Assembly: GCA_008632985.1 (NCBI GenBank)
Contig: QPGO01000103.1
Coordinates: 62,001-126,000, forward strand
From: Psammoneis japonica
Lineage: Eukaryota
DNA length: 64,000 bases
Reading direction: 5' to 3'
Of this stretch, positions 49,715 through 61,227 are shown piece by piece. Numbering within the stretch: position 1 is the stretch's first letter; the number at the start of each line of letters is the position of its first letter. The notes below the pieces were generated by a model, which was not told where the DNA came from, did no database searches, and worked only from the letters and a program-made list of their open reading frames with translations. The position numbers and the translations under genes are program-made.

Positions 49715-50396
49715 ATGCATTGGAAGACTATCGTTTGTCCTTTTCGTAGCCGACGGTCATCGGATGCCAAGAACAGTAGCATGAAGAAACTATCATCGCC
49801 CAAAAAATCGAAGAAGCGTCGTGGAATATGGAGGGATGATGGAGTTTCCACCAGTGCTGCGAGTACCTTTAGTAGCATGGATGAGGAACCCATTCAGCTA
49901 GGAGAGGATGCGCCGCCCACCGCACCGTGGAGAATAGGTACGTTTCTGAACTTGTTTTGTATTGTTCTAGTTATTTCGTTTTAAGTTGTATTTGACGGCA
50001 TAGTCGCTCATGTGACCATCTCCCATCCTTATTGTCTCTTCTTACACAGAGAATATTCGTTCAAACGGACCTCCGTCCGAATCCGAGTGGTGGACCAAGA
50101 CGCCTGAAGCAAAAAGCATAAGCATTGACCCGGACATTGAGATTAGCTCAGAGGAAGAAGAGTCTTCCTCCACTACCGACGAGAGTCCCGAGTTTATCAA
50201 TTGTGGATTAGAATCGTGGCAAAAAGTGCAGCAGGCATGGAGGGTACAAACCGTAACGGAAGAGCCACCTCGCCCCCCTCCCGTCAATCGCGTGGCTGTG
50301 GCGGACGGATTGTCTCACATTTCGCGTCATTATGAATTACCCGGACCCATGAGGCTGACGGATGTGATTGGCATTTATCAGGAGATTTGGGAATAG
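49715..50396 (+). CDS. Gag1-like clamp (DUF4050-like) small protein (intron ~49938-50049)
   Basis: Second exon reads FINCGLESWQKVQQAW...YELPGPMRLTDVIGIYQEIWE*, matching my recollection of the family pattern. Confidence 0.6.
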
Positions 50397-50819
50397 ATGC
50401 TATACTATTTATACTTTCTTGCATGTTGAGAGAGTCTATTTGGCGCTCTCCTTTTTATAAAGAGAATTGTTTTATCACACCTAGTATTTTTTTCGAATCG
50501 ACCAGAAGACCGAGAACACGACAGGTGACAACTTTGTCCAAAGAGTATTATTCTAGCAAAACAGGTACCTGGTAGCCTAGTTGTGGAACAACTAAAGTAC
50601 TCATCAATGTGTTGAACAACGGCAGCGATCGCACCCTTCTGTCTCCTCCTCCTCTCCCTGTACTGTACGCCATCGAGCATCTACAAATTAAAGCCAGTGT
50701 GAACACGAAAAACTACAAAACAGAAAAAAGTCAAACAACAACTCTCTTCCTATAGATTTTCATGTATTCGTGTCCAACGAGAATCGTCCTCTCCCCATTC
50801 AAAGCAACCCCTCCCTCTC

Positions 50820-52118
50820 TTAATGGGTGCCATTGTACTCTTCCATTTCACGCAGATAACGAGCCTTATCCTCCTCGGCTTTCTTGTCCCACTTGGCACG
50901 CTCCTTGGGAGAAAGCTGCTTGAACTCGGCCGAAATGAGTTTGGCAAGATCGCCAAAGGACGCGTCGGGGTTTTGCTCCTTGATGGTGGGACGCGTCGCA
51001 ATCGAGTACAAGAAGAACGCACTCATGTTGCGCTTGGGCATGTTGGGGTCCCTCTTTTGCTTCTTCTTGCGCTTGCCTTCGCCACCACCCGTGGGATCCT
51101 CGGCCGGCACGTAGTGCTTCATCTCCTCCTGGTAGTGCAATGGAGAGTAATTGAAAAATGTGTGAGCAAACTGATAAGGCGTACTGTAGCGACTAACTGC
51201 TGTATTCATGTAATCTTACCTGATAACGGATCTTGTCCTTTTCAGCCTTGGACTGCCACTTCTTCGCCTCCTTGTCCGGAAGTTCCTTGAACTGAGCCGA
51301 CAAGATCTTGGCCTAAAGTAAGGGGACGGCAAACAAAGAAAATGTTAGACGCTAGACAAAACACGAAAAAAGGACCACACGTCCGACCGTCGTCATTCGC
51401 GCGTCACACGCGTCAGAACTTCAAGTCGGTTCGAATCATTCGATTCCTCATGACACGAACAAGCCAGCGCGTCAACAGAACTCTCTGTAGAAACCATACG
51501 ACGTTCTACACAAGATCGCAGATCCATCTTTGTCGTGTAGAAAATGTACCAGTTTCTACAGAGAATTGCCATCTGTTGTTTTGCGTGCGTTTACGCCTTG
51601 CTTTTTGCTCTCTCGCGATGCCTTCGTGGTTTGCCAAAGCCGTCGTACTTTGCCGCGATGTTGACAACACTACACGGTCAAAGCACGAGGCATCACACAC
51701 ATACTATGCACAACATGGTGACAACACGGGATATGCGAAAACGACAATCAAACACGTGCTTTCCTGATGAAATGACAGTCCTTACGCTCCATATGCGAAT
51801 CCCAACGCATTGACACACATGCAATGTTCGCCGTATCGCAATGGTGATTCAATCCTATATATTCAAACGAGACACACAAAAGATACGCCCAAAACTTACA
51901 ATATCACCAAAAGCCGCATCGGGATTGTCCTGCTTGACCTGAGCACGGTAGGCCTGAGAGTACAAGAAGAAGGCACTCATGTTGCGCTTGGGCCTGTTGG
52001 GGTCTTTCCATTTCTTCTGCTTACGGCCCCTCTTGTTATCGACAACTTCTTCCTGATCCGACTCTTCTTCCGTCTCGGATCCAGACACGCCGCTCTCTTC
52101 TTCCTCACTCGAACTCAT
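50820..52118 (-). CDS. Two-HMG-box chromatin protein; exons 52118-51900, 51312-51220, 51128-50820
   Basis: KDPNRPKRNMSAFFLY and RDPNMPKRNMSAFFLY boxes; canonical GTAAG donors with in-frame joins. Confidence 0.93.
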
Positions 52119-52382
52119 AGTAACAATGCTTAGTTGTTGTTCGAATCACAAACGGCTGGTTCAATTTTATGTCGTTGGCAAAAAAGTGACACGCAGAAGG
52201 AGAATCTTCTTGCCAGCGTTCATCATTGCCTTCCGTAGACTTTTACACGGTGTCAGTACGGGTGAAAATTCTCGTGTAGACATCACGTGAAGTTTGCACG
52301 TGTGGTGTTTGAATCCGAGTTGTATGGTTTGCCGGGACTTTGGGTGTGGCGCGACCCACTGACTTTTGTCTGTGCAGCATTT

Positions 52383-52394
52383 TTTGGCGCGAAA
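52383..52394. promoter_or_regulatory. Overlapping double E2F-type site TTTGGCGCGAAA
   Basis: Matches TTTSSCGC on both strands, ~110 nt upstream of the RFC4 start codon. Confidence 0.45.
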
Positions 52395-52504
52395 TATCTT
52401 GGACTTAGAATTATGTACTGGTTGTACATACGCATCTCACAGTACATTTCCAGGTAGATCTCGTTTCTCGGGCCTTTCGATCTCATCACAAACAACACCC
52501 CACC

Positions 52505-53718
52505 ATGGCGTCCACAGCAACTGCAGCCGCTTCTTCATCCGCCAAACCATGGGTCGAACGATATCGCCCTCAAAGTCTCAAGGACATTTCTCATCAAACC
52601 GAAGTCGTCTCGACCCTCCAGAACGCTACAAAAACGGGCCGACTGCCGCACTTGCTGTTTTATGGCCCACCGGGCACAGGCAAAACCAGTGTCGCTCTGG
52701 CCTTATGTCGTCAATTGTGGCATCCCGATCAATGGCGCCGTCGCGTATTAGAGTTGAATGCCAGTGACGAACGTGGTATTTCTGTGGTGCGAGACAAAAT
52801 CAAGCACTTTGCCAGTTTGGCGGTTGGAAAGCAAGCACCGAGTAGTGCCAAGAGTTTTTTCAAGAAAAAGAGTAACGACGACGACATGGATGTAGAGGAG
52901 GAGGAAAAGCAGTATCCGAATCCTCCATTTAAAATCATCATTTTGGATGAGGCTGATACAGTCACGCCAGATGCGCAAGCAGCATTGAGACGAATTATTG
53001 TAAGTTCTGTGCTTTTGTATGGCGTTTTTCTTAGCTCGTTATTTCTAATATGCGACTTACGCTCTTGTGCGTTTCACTCTTGTGCGTTTCACTCGACTAC
53101 TTTTTTTATTAGGAATCACATTCACGCATTACTCGTTTTATATTGATTTGCAACTACGTCACTCGCATCATCGAACCCTTGGCGTCGCGTTGTGCCAAGT
53201 TTCGATTCCAACCACTCCCACCCGACAGCATGAAGGCCCGTCTCGCCAGCATTGCGCAAGCCGAAGATTGCAATGTGGGCGATACCGAAATTCAAGAAAT
53301 TTTGGACGTATCCAAGGGAGACATGCGTCGAGCGGTGACAACGTTGCAATCCATTCATGTCGTGAGCGGGGACGGCGACATTACCATGGATCATATTGCC
53401 GAAATTGCTGGATTGCCTCCTCCCAGTGTGGTGGACGAACTGTGGAAGGCTTTGGAATCCAACACGTTTAAAACCATGCAAGCCGCCGTGGAGGATGTGT
53501 GTGCCAATGGATTTGCCGCCAAGACCATCTTGGTGGCGCTCTTGGATAAGGTGGTCAATTCGACGGATTTGAATGAATTGTCCAAGGCGGAATTGTCGAT
53601 TCGGATTGCCGAGTCGGAAAAGAATCTGGTTGACGGAGCAGATGAGTACCTGCAACTCATGACGGTGTGCAGTTTGACCATGACGTGCATGGAAAAATCC
53701 AAATTAGCAAAGCAGTAA
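52505..53718 (+). CDS. RFC4: Replication factor C small subunit (human RFC4 / yeast Rfc2 type), intron 53000-53112
   Basis: [52 protein letters not shown]. Confidence 0.93.
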
Positions 53719-53865
53719 GAGCATGTATTTTGCGAGAAAAGGGGGCATACCACTAGTTTGAGATAAGGATAGGAATATGATACAGAAAGTTCTTTGATCA
53801 CAATAGCACATTATTAGAAAGTGAAACTTCACAAACAACAAGTCTTTGACAAATGGTAACGCAGC

Positions 53866-55221
53866 TCATGATGTCTCCTCTGCCTCCTTGGCTTTCTTCT
53901 TCAGTACGGCCACGGCGCCATTTGCGCCCGTGAAGATGGAGAAGAAAGCAGCCATGTATATTGCACTGTTGAGGATGCCTTCGTACCAGTAAACTGCAAG
54001 GAACACACAAAAGACACAAAAATCAGAGTAAGACCTTATTCCACACAACAAAAGAACCTACTTTTCACACCTCCTTCTCAAATCAAAACTTACAAGCCAT
54101 GGACGCAAACACGGCAGACACGACAAAGTTTAGCGTAACAAAGGTTGATCCCTCGAGTCGGTTACGATCGGCAGCATCCTTGAGCGTGTACAAGAGCCCC
54201 ACCAAGACGGAAAGTTTAGCAAATCTAGCCACGCGTGAACCAATCACCACTGTACTCGCTCGATGCTGGATGGAATTATGATCAGAAAGACGTGTCGTTT
54301 TGTGTGAGACTGCAACAAATCACGATATCTCTAAATGCTTCAACTCAAGACGAATCATACTTACACGAATCATCATGACTAATACTTCGCTCAATTTGAG
54401 CAACTTGGCTAGCCCAAAGAAAATGGTACCAATCAAATAGACCAAGGCATTGTAATTCTCAAACTTGCGCAAGCCTTTCCACACATTTTTGTTGCCCTCC
54501 TTGAGTTCCTCCAATAATGCCTTTAGTATTTCCTTCTTGTCTTTGGTTCTTCAATACCGCTCCACTCTTCCATCCTCGAAACGTTGGTCCAAGAGTCAAA
54601 ATGTTGGCAAGTCCAAAGAGCGCATAGGAAAAGGTTGGAAATTGACGTGTCAATAGCCATCGCACCACAAGCGAAACGACAATACCGGAACAAAGCACTG
54701 CATACTCGAACGCCAAAGTGTTGAGACGCTTGTACGTGTCACTGCTCAATCGATCGTTTGCCGCGGCACCACTGAGAAGAAAGGTTGTGCGGCACCCATG
54801 AATGGACCCGTGGCGGAATACAAGACATCAATGTTGAAGGGGCCGTGGCGTAAAATCATAAAGATCACCGTGTCGTGTACGCGAGGGATGACACTTGATA
54901 CTCCTCGACAAGTGTCAAGACTTTATTGTTGTTATTGTTGTTGTTTTTTGATTCGTCTTCCTTTTGTTCTTCACTGGAATCATCAGATGTTGACGATAAG
55001 AGAAAGGGTTGTCGAATGTTGCTATTTGTTCTGAAACTCGAATGAGGCTTCGCAAGCCTTGGTGTAGATCTTGCGATGCGGTAATTGGGATACACGGATT
55101 GAAACCCATGAGCGCCTATAATTGCCAAGGCAATCAATGATAGACGTAAGGAGCACATCATGATGGACAGAAACGACCAACGGCGGGATGCTTTTATTAG
55201 CGAGCCCATCATCATTGTCAT
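53866..55221 (-). CDS. Multi-exon membrane protein with signal/transit peptide; several apparent frameshifts
   Basis: Signal ..LIALAIIGAHGF; internal repeat GAAANDRLSSDTYKRLN and DAADRNRLEGSTFVTLN; hydrophobic segments; frame breaks near 54870, 54785 and 54520; start uncertain. Confidence 0.55.
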
Positions 55222-55517
55222 GATGGTATGTTGTGTGTTGTCAACGCGAGGCAAGATCGACCTCGCGCAGCGCGCGCTGCGCGGGGAGGATTTAAGATCC
55301 GTCCGCTCGTCGTACGTTTCTCTTTTTGAAAAATTCGAAACGCGCATGCGCACGTCTGCGGCGGCGAGGCTACATTCCGACAAAAGGTCGCATTTCGCAT
55401 TGAAGTTGTTGTTGTTGGCTGTTGAGGGCAAGCTCTCGTGTAAGGAGTCACAAAGGAAGCTCAAGAGCTTCTATTATTGTTGATAAGTTTTTATTTTGAA
55501 AAAGAGATTGACAAACA

Positions 55518-57565
55518 ATGTCGGAAGAATTAGCAAAAGCAGTCGATAGCAAGTTGTCTGTATCGGATGGAGGCGTTGCCATGCACGGCCAAGCTCCTCC
55601 CGTGGTGAACCGCTTGTACAATCGTCATCGCATCCGCATCAAGGAAGTCTTGTCGGACGCAACCTTGCTTCATCAAACCGTCACAGTGGCAGGTTGGGCA
55701 CGCACGACTCGTAATGCCAACAAGGGTCAGCTGCTCTTTGTGGTGCTCAACGACGGCTCGTGTGACGCGTCGCTTCAGTGTGTGCTCGATACGGAAACGA
55801 CGCAAGGCTTTGACGAGTGCAAGGCCAGTGGCGGTGCGGGTGCCTCGTTTCGTTTGGAGGGAACCGTGGTTCCCTCGCAAGGAGAAGGTCAAGCGGTTGA
55901 ACTGCAAGTCACGACGGGAACTCTCCTCGGAGCCGTCTATGGTGGAAACCGCGAGGGCACCGAGGTGGGTGCTGCCCTTTATCCCATTCCGAAAAAGAGC
56001 AACACGCTCGAGTACATGAGAGAGCAGGCGCACATGAGACCCCGTACGCGAGTCCATGCCGCCGCCATGCGGATCCGTCACGCCATGGCGTTTGCGACGC
56101 ACAACTTTTTCAACAATCACGGATTCTTGTACATTCATACGCCCATTGTCACGTGTGCCGATTGTGAGGGTGCGGGGGAGCAATTTGCCGTCACCACCAT
56201 GCTTGGAGCGGATCATTTGAAACCCGATGTGAAGCTTCCAATCCATGAGCCTCCTCCTGTGAGTAATATGCGTATGCTGTCATGATGAGATTTCTAGTTC
56301 TTTGTCTTAGCTACTCTTACATAATATGTTCCTCTGTTTCTTCTTCTCAATGCTACCTTTTCATGTCGTTTTTCTCTCACAGCCCGAAGACCCTAACAAG
56401 AAGATTTCCAAATCGGAACTCAAACGCCTCAAAAAGTTGGAAGGCAAAAAGAAAAAGGCGCAAGAAGAATCCATCAAACCACAAGACGTCAAGGTCCCCA
56501 ACGCGGTCGATTACAGCCAGGACTTTTTTGGTCGTCGTGCCAACTTGACGGTTAGTGGACAGCTCAATGTCGAGACGCATGCCTGTGCCTTGAGCGATGT
56601 CTACACGTTTGGTCCCACCTTTCGTGCGGAAAACAGTCACACGGCAAGGCACTTGTCCGAGTTTTGGATGATTGAACCCGAAATTGCCTTTGCCAATTTG
56701 GAGGATGACATTAATTTGGCCGAAGATTATCTCAAGTATTGTGTCCAGTATGCATTGGAAATGTGTGCCGAGGACTTGGAATACTTTGAGACCAATCCAA
56801 ACGGAGAGGAGGGACTGCGAGACCGTCTTCGTAACGTTTTGGATAACCCCTTCAAGGTGAGTGAGTAGTAGCGACTGTCTTTTTTGGAACGCGAGACACA
56901 ATCGTAATGACGAAGAAACCATCAATGGGAATCTCTCTGAAACAAACGTGTAGAGAACATATTTGGAGAGTGGCCCTTTCTTGGGCCTGCTCGGAACGAT
57001 GAAACCGCTCGTACTCGTTTGACGCAATAGTGTCGGTAACTGCGCGTTCTCATCATCCCTTTTCTTTCTTTCTCTACAGCGTCTCACTTACACGGAGGCC
57101 ATTGAGATTCTCCAAAAGGCGGTTGCCGAGGACGGCGCAGAGTTTGAGGAAAAACCAGAATGGGGCATTGACCTTCCCTCGGAACACGAGCGATACTTGT
57201 GCGAAAAGGTTTTCAAAATGCCCGTGGTTCTTACCGACTATCCCAAGGGGATCAAGGCCTTTTACATGAAACTCAACGACGATGGCAAGACTGTCGCTGC
57301 CGCGGATATTCTTGTACCAAAGATTGGCGAAATCATTGGTGGATCGCAGAGGGAGCATCGCCGTGAAGTCTTGGTGCAGCGTTGCATCGAGTCTGGCTTG
57401 GACCCCAAGGCGATTTGGTGGTATGTGGATCTACGCAAGTACGGTACCATCCCTCATGCTGGTTTTGGACTTGGATTTGAGAGGTTGATTCTCTTTATTA
57501 CCGGACTCCAGAACATTCGTGATGTCATTCCCTTCCCTCGCTGGGCTGGAAATGCCGAGTTTTAG
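55518..57565 (+). CDS. asnS: Asparaginyl-tRNA synthetase; exons 55518-56258, 56383-56856, 57080-57565
   Basis: [65 protein letters not shown]. Confidence 0.96.
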
Positions 57566-57704
57566 GCACATGTGCGACGCAACAATGAAATTGTGGTGAA
57601 AGCGTAGTGTTGCTCGTTAGTCTACAGTCAGGTCTTCATCATGTCTCCCTGCTTGCCTCGTTTAATTGAAAGACTGTTTAGGTTACTTTTGGTGACATCC
57701 TAGA

Positions 57705-58400
57705 TTACCGGATCCGTCTTTTTCTTTCTTCCGCCTTTTCCTCGGTCCGTTTACGAATGTTCTCCTTTCCCTCGCGTTGAAGCGGATTTAGCGCTTGATC
57801 CTCTAACATTTCTTGCTGATCCATGGCAGCTTTTTCATCCGCAACTATAGTTGCGCTTAGCTTTTTCTCAACGTCCGGTGGAGGCAGATACCGTCCTTTC
57901 GCCCACGCCCGAATTCTGTCCTCATCAATAACAACAGGAACTTTTTCCTTTGCGCCCTCTTCTTCCTCCTCATCCTCTGCGTCGGATGCTTTCTGCTCAC
58001 TTGTGGGAATGCTTACAATCTGACGACTTTCGCGATGATACAACAGTGGAGGCATTCTCGAAGAAAGCATTCCGTAGCCTTTTTGAACCATGGGATCGCG
58101 CATCACGTCTAACCGTTCGACTGTGACACCAAGCTCCTTTTCTACTTCTGTTACAACCCTTTCCAATTCGTCACCTATGACACAAATAAATCGGAAGATA
58201 CTTAGAATACGCATTCTACTAGTTAGTCTCATCTTTTCAATAATCCGAATGGACTTACTTTCAGGGGACGTTCCATGGGGCATTTTGTAAAAGAGAAGTG
58301 GTGTGTACTTTTTTTGTCGTGACAAAAAAGGCAGTCGTCCAGCGTTGGCGACAGCAATGGATAGGAATAACGCAACCAATAACACACAGAACCGTAACAT
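57705..58400 (-). CDS. Hypothetical protein with signal peptide and possible thioredoxin-like fold (intron ~58258-58175)
   Basis: Signal MLRFCVLLVALFLSIAVANA; EKELGVTVERLDV, PPLLYHRES, RIRAWAKG. Confidence 0.6.
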   Translation of the reverse strand: MLRFCVLLVALFLSIAVANAGRLPFLSRQKKYTPLLFYKMPHGTSPESKSIRIIEKMRLTSRMRILSIFRFICVIGDELERVVTEVEKELGVTVERLDVMRDPMVQKGYGMLSSRMPPLLYHRESRQIVSIPTSEQKASDAEDEEEEEGAKEKVPVVIDEDRIRAWAKGRYLPPPDVEKKLSATIVADEKAAMDQQEMLEDQALNPLQREGKENIRKRTEEKAEERKRRIR

Positions 58401-58894
58401 TTTTCCCTTGTAATCAAAAGAGTTGAATTGGATACACCTTGATGCTGCTTGGTTGCAATAACATCATCTTTGCTCACCGCTCTCGAGTTTAAAGTTGGTC
58501 GTTGGTCCACGCGGAACTTGACCTCACAAACTTCCTTCCGGTATCTGGCTCATAACCTTCAGATTCAATCAGTCCAGACATTTTGTGACATAGTGAATAT
58601 ACTGCTTCCTAATGTAGGAAGGACACGTTCTACAATGTCTCTTTAGCACCACATAAATATCTTTTTATTAGAAATTTAAGAACTATAGGCAGTCATTCAA
58701 TGCCAGTTCATTGCGGTCACTTTTTCAATCACGGGGCAACACGGCGCAATTCTGCAACAAGAGAAGCGTTTGTAGGTGTCATCATTCTTTTTCTCCCGCT
58801 TCTGTTCACGAAACAGGTCACAAGTGCCTCCCGTTTGTTGCCAGAACACTACATTCTTGTTGATTCACTCCGTTCCAACGTACGCAGCTCCATC

Positions 58895-59219
58895 ATGTCC
58901 AAGGCTCTTGAATACATTGGGTCTGTTTTACAGCTCGACTCTGAAAAAGTTGGATCAAAAGGAGGGTCTTCGGGAGAATCCTTGAGGGACGAGTTTCGAA
59001 ACAACAGTCTCTTAACCTACAAGCGGGTAGTTCATTTCGTCGTTTCGATGCGCCGGCTTCCAACAAGGCGTCAAGTGGAGGCAAGCTAGACGCTGTGGAG
59101 GAGAAGAATGGCGGAAAGTAGTGCAGGATGGAGACTCAAGACGACGGCTGGTGACAGAACAGTGTATCGAAGCCCGTATTGAAGAAGGACTCGTGTCAAT
59201 GGCGTTTTTCAACGAGTAG
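58895..59219 (+). CDS. Possible small hypothetical protein, structure unresolved
   Basis: MSKALEYIGSVLQLDSE.. reads protein-like but the downstream frame is ambiguous. Confidence 0.25.
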
Positions 59220-59858
59220 ACCGTTGCGCTTTCGTCGTCTCTCTTGCGATGTAAAAGACAATTGTAAACTAAAGAAAATACATAATTCACGACTACAACT
59301 CTTAGAGAATCGATAATAGAGAACAACAATACCAAAGGTCGTTGTCGTCTAGAATATACCATGCTATGTTGCAGACAACTCCAATAGGGCCCTAGTGTAA
59401 GTTTGGTGGCATCGGATCTCACTGTTACAAATCAGTTTGTTAGAAACGAACAAACGGCTGTGCCTTCACTTTTGACCCCCGCCGCCAACCGTCCCCCCCC
59501 CCNCCCCCCCCCCCCAAGTAGCTTCCTAGAGTTGAAAGACTTTGGCCACAGAGGCATGTAATGCATACACGGCAACTTGAAACGGCTATGGTCTAAGTAC
59601 AAGTGCCATCCAAAACAACTTTGTTCCTGCCCGGCTACTTTTTCTCCTCCCGATCCCTGCCCATCGCCCGTCATCGCATGCGTCATGGTCATTCGATCCC
59701 GTGGACTAAAAACCTGCCACCCCTTTTTCAACTTGAAGCGTGATGCGAAATAAAATGGCAATGAAGCTGAGCTTACCGTAGCCCTCGATCCTAGGTATCC
59801 CTGCGTTTTCATCACTAATTGATACTCAAAGAAGGACCTGAAGAAGCGGTGTTACACA

Positions 59859-61121
59859 ATGAATATAAATGCGGCTCTTCTTCGGGCAGCAAGTCGACTC
59901 GGGTCGTTGACATCGAGAGCTAGCTCAGAACACCAAGTTTCGCGCTCTTTTGGCCGGCGTTGTTGCTTACTTACGAGCAGGCGTTACCGCTCTAGCTCAT
60001 CATTCTCGAGTGATGCAGCAGCGAGCATGCAAGAAAAGCACCAGCCAGAGAAAAGTCGACGAACATCCTATGAAAAAGCTGAACCTACTTTTCATCGCAA
60101 TCCCGTAGTTCCGTATCCGCAATCGGCAAAACGAACAGTTCCAAATCACATTGTTTTCCCTCCCTATGCCAAGGCTGGTCGCGTACCGCTGTTTCCGGAT
60201 CAAATCTATATTCATAATGAGGCTTCTATACAAAGAATGAGTAAGGCTGCCAGACTTGCACGCAAGGTGTTGGACATGGCGTGTGCCTTGGCAGTTCAGG
60301 GTGTCACCACTGATTCAATTGACGAGGCAGTTCACAAAGCCATTATCGAAGCCGGAGCCTATCCTTCACCTTTGAATTATCACGGATTTCCTAAATCGTT
60401 GTGCTCGTCTATTAATGAAGTGATTTGTCATGGCATACCCGATACTCGGCCGCTGGAGATGGGTGATGTTGTATCCTTTGATGCGTCATGCTATTTGAAC
60501 GGAGTTCACGGAGACAACTGTGCCACTGTTATCGTTGGGGATTCCTCCTCATCTATGAGGAGTCTACTGGAAGTGACTGGCGAGGCGTTCCGTATAAAAC
60601 AGACTTTGATTCCGAAGGTGAACGAGAACATTTTGAGAATGCAAGACGGTTGGTCAACGCTACTCGCGAATCACTGTACGCTGCCATTGAAACGTGTAAA
60701 CCAGGTGGTTGTCTCAGCCATATCGGAGGCGCCATTCATGACGTGGCTGACAGTTATGGATTCGATACCGTCCAAAAGTACCGAGGACACGGGATATCTC
60801 ATGAATTTCATTGCATGCCATACGTGAAGGTACGTGCTTGATTCTACTCCGCATGATGGTATTTCGATGCCAGCACGTGCTAAAGGTCTCTGTTTTCCTC
60901 TTGCTCAATAGCACTATCGCAATAATGATGCCTTGAAGTTAATACCTGGCATGATCTTCACAATCGAACCGATGCTTACAGAGGGTTCTCCAGAGTGCAC
61001 TGAATGGGATGATGATTGGACCGTCGTCACTGTAGACGGAGGTTTGGCAGCACAATTTGAACACACCGTGCTTATTACCGAATCAGGAGTTGAAATTTTG
61101 ACGGTTCCAGAGGACAGCTAA
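59859..61121 (+). CDS. map: Methionine aminopeptidase type I, organellar (likely mitochondrial); frameshift ~60545, intron 60830-60911
   Basis: [56 protein letters not shown]; Arg/Ser-rich N-terminal transit peptide. Confidence 0.93.
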
Positions 61122-61227
61122 GGTGTATCTGCGTACATCGTCGATATACTCTCTAGGGTTGCATAATGTTAAAAAAAACTTCTATCTTATCAACCATCCG
61201 TTCTTGACTTCAAAGTGAAAAGCGCCG

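Noticed and set aside
55530..56246. Long antisense ORFs over asnS, the ATPase and other genes
   Set aside because: Shadow ORFs caused by codon bias of the real gene on the opposite strand.
59476..59516. Poly-C tract with an N as a G-quadruplex element
   Set aside because: It contains an ambiguous base and is probably a poorly resolved homopolymer or contig join; the length is unreliable.
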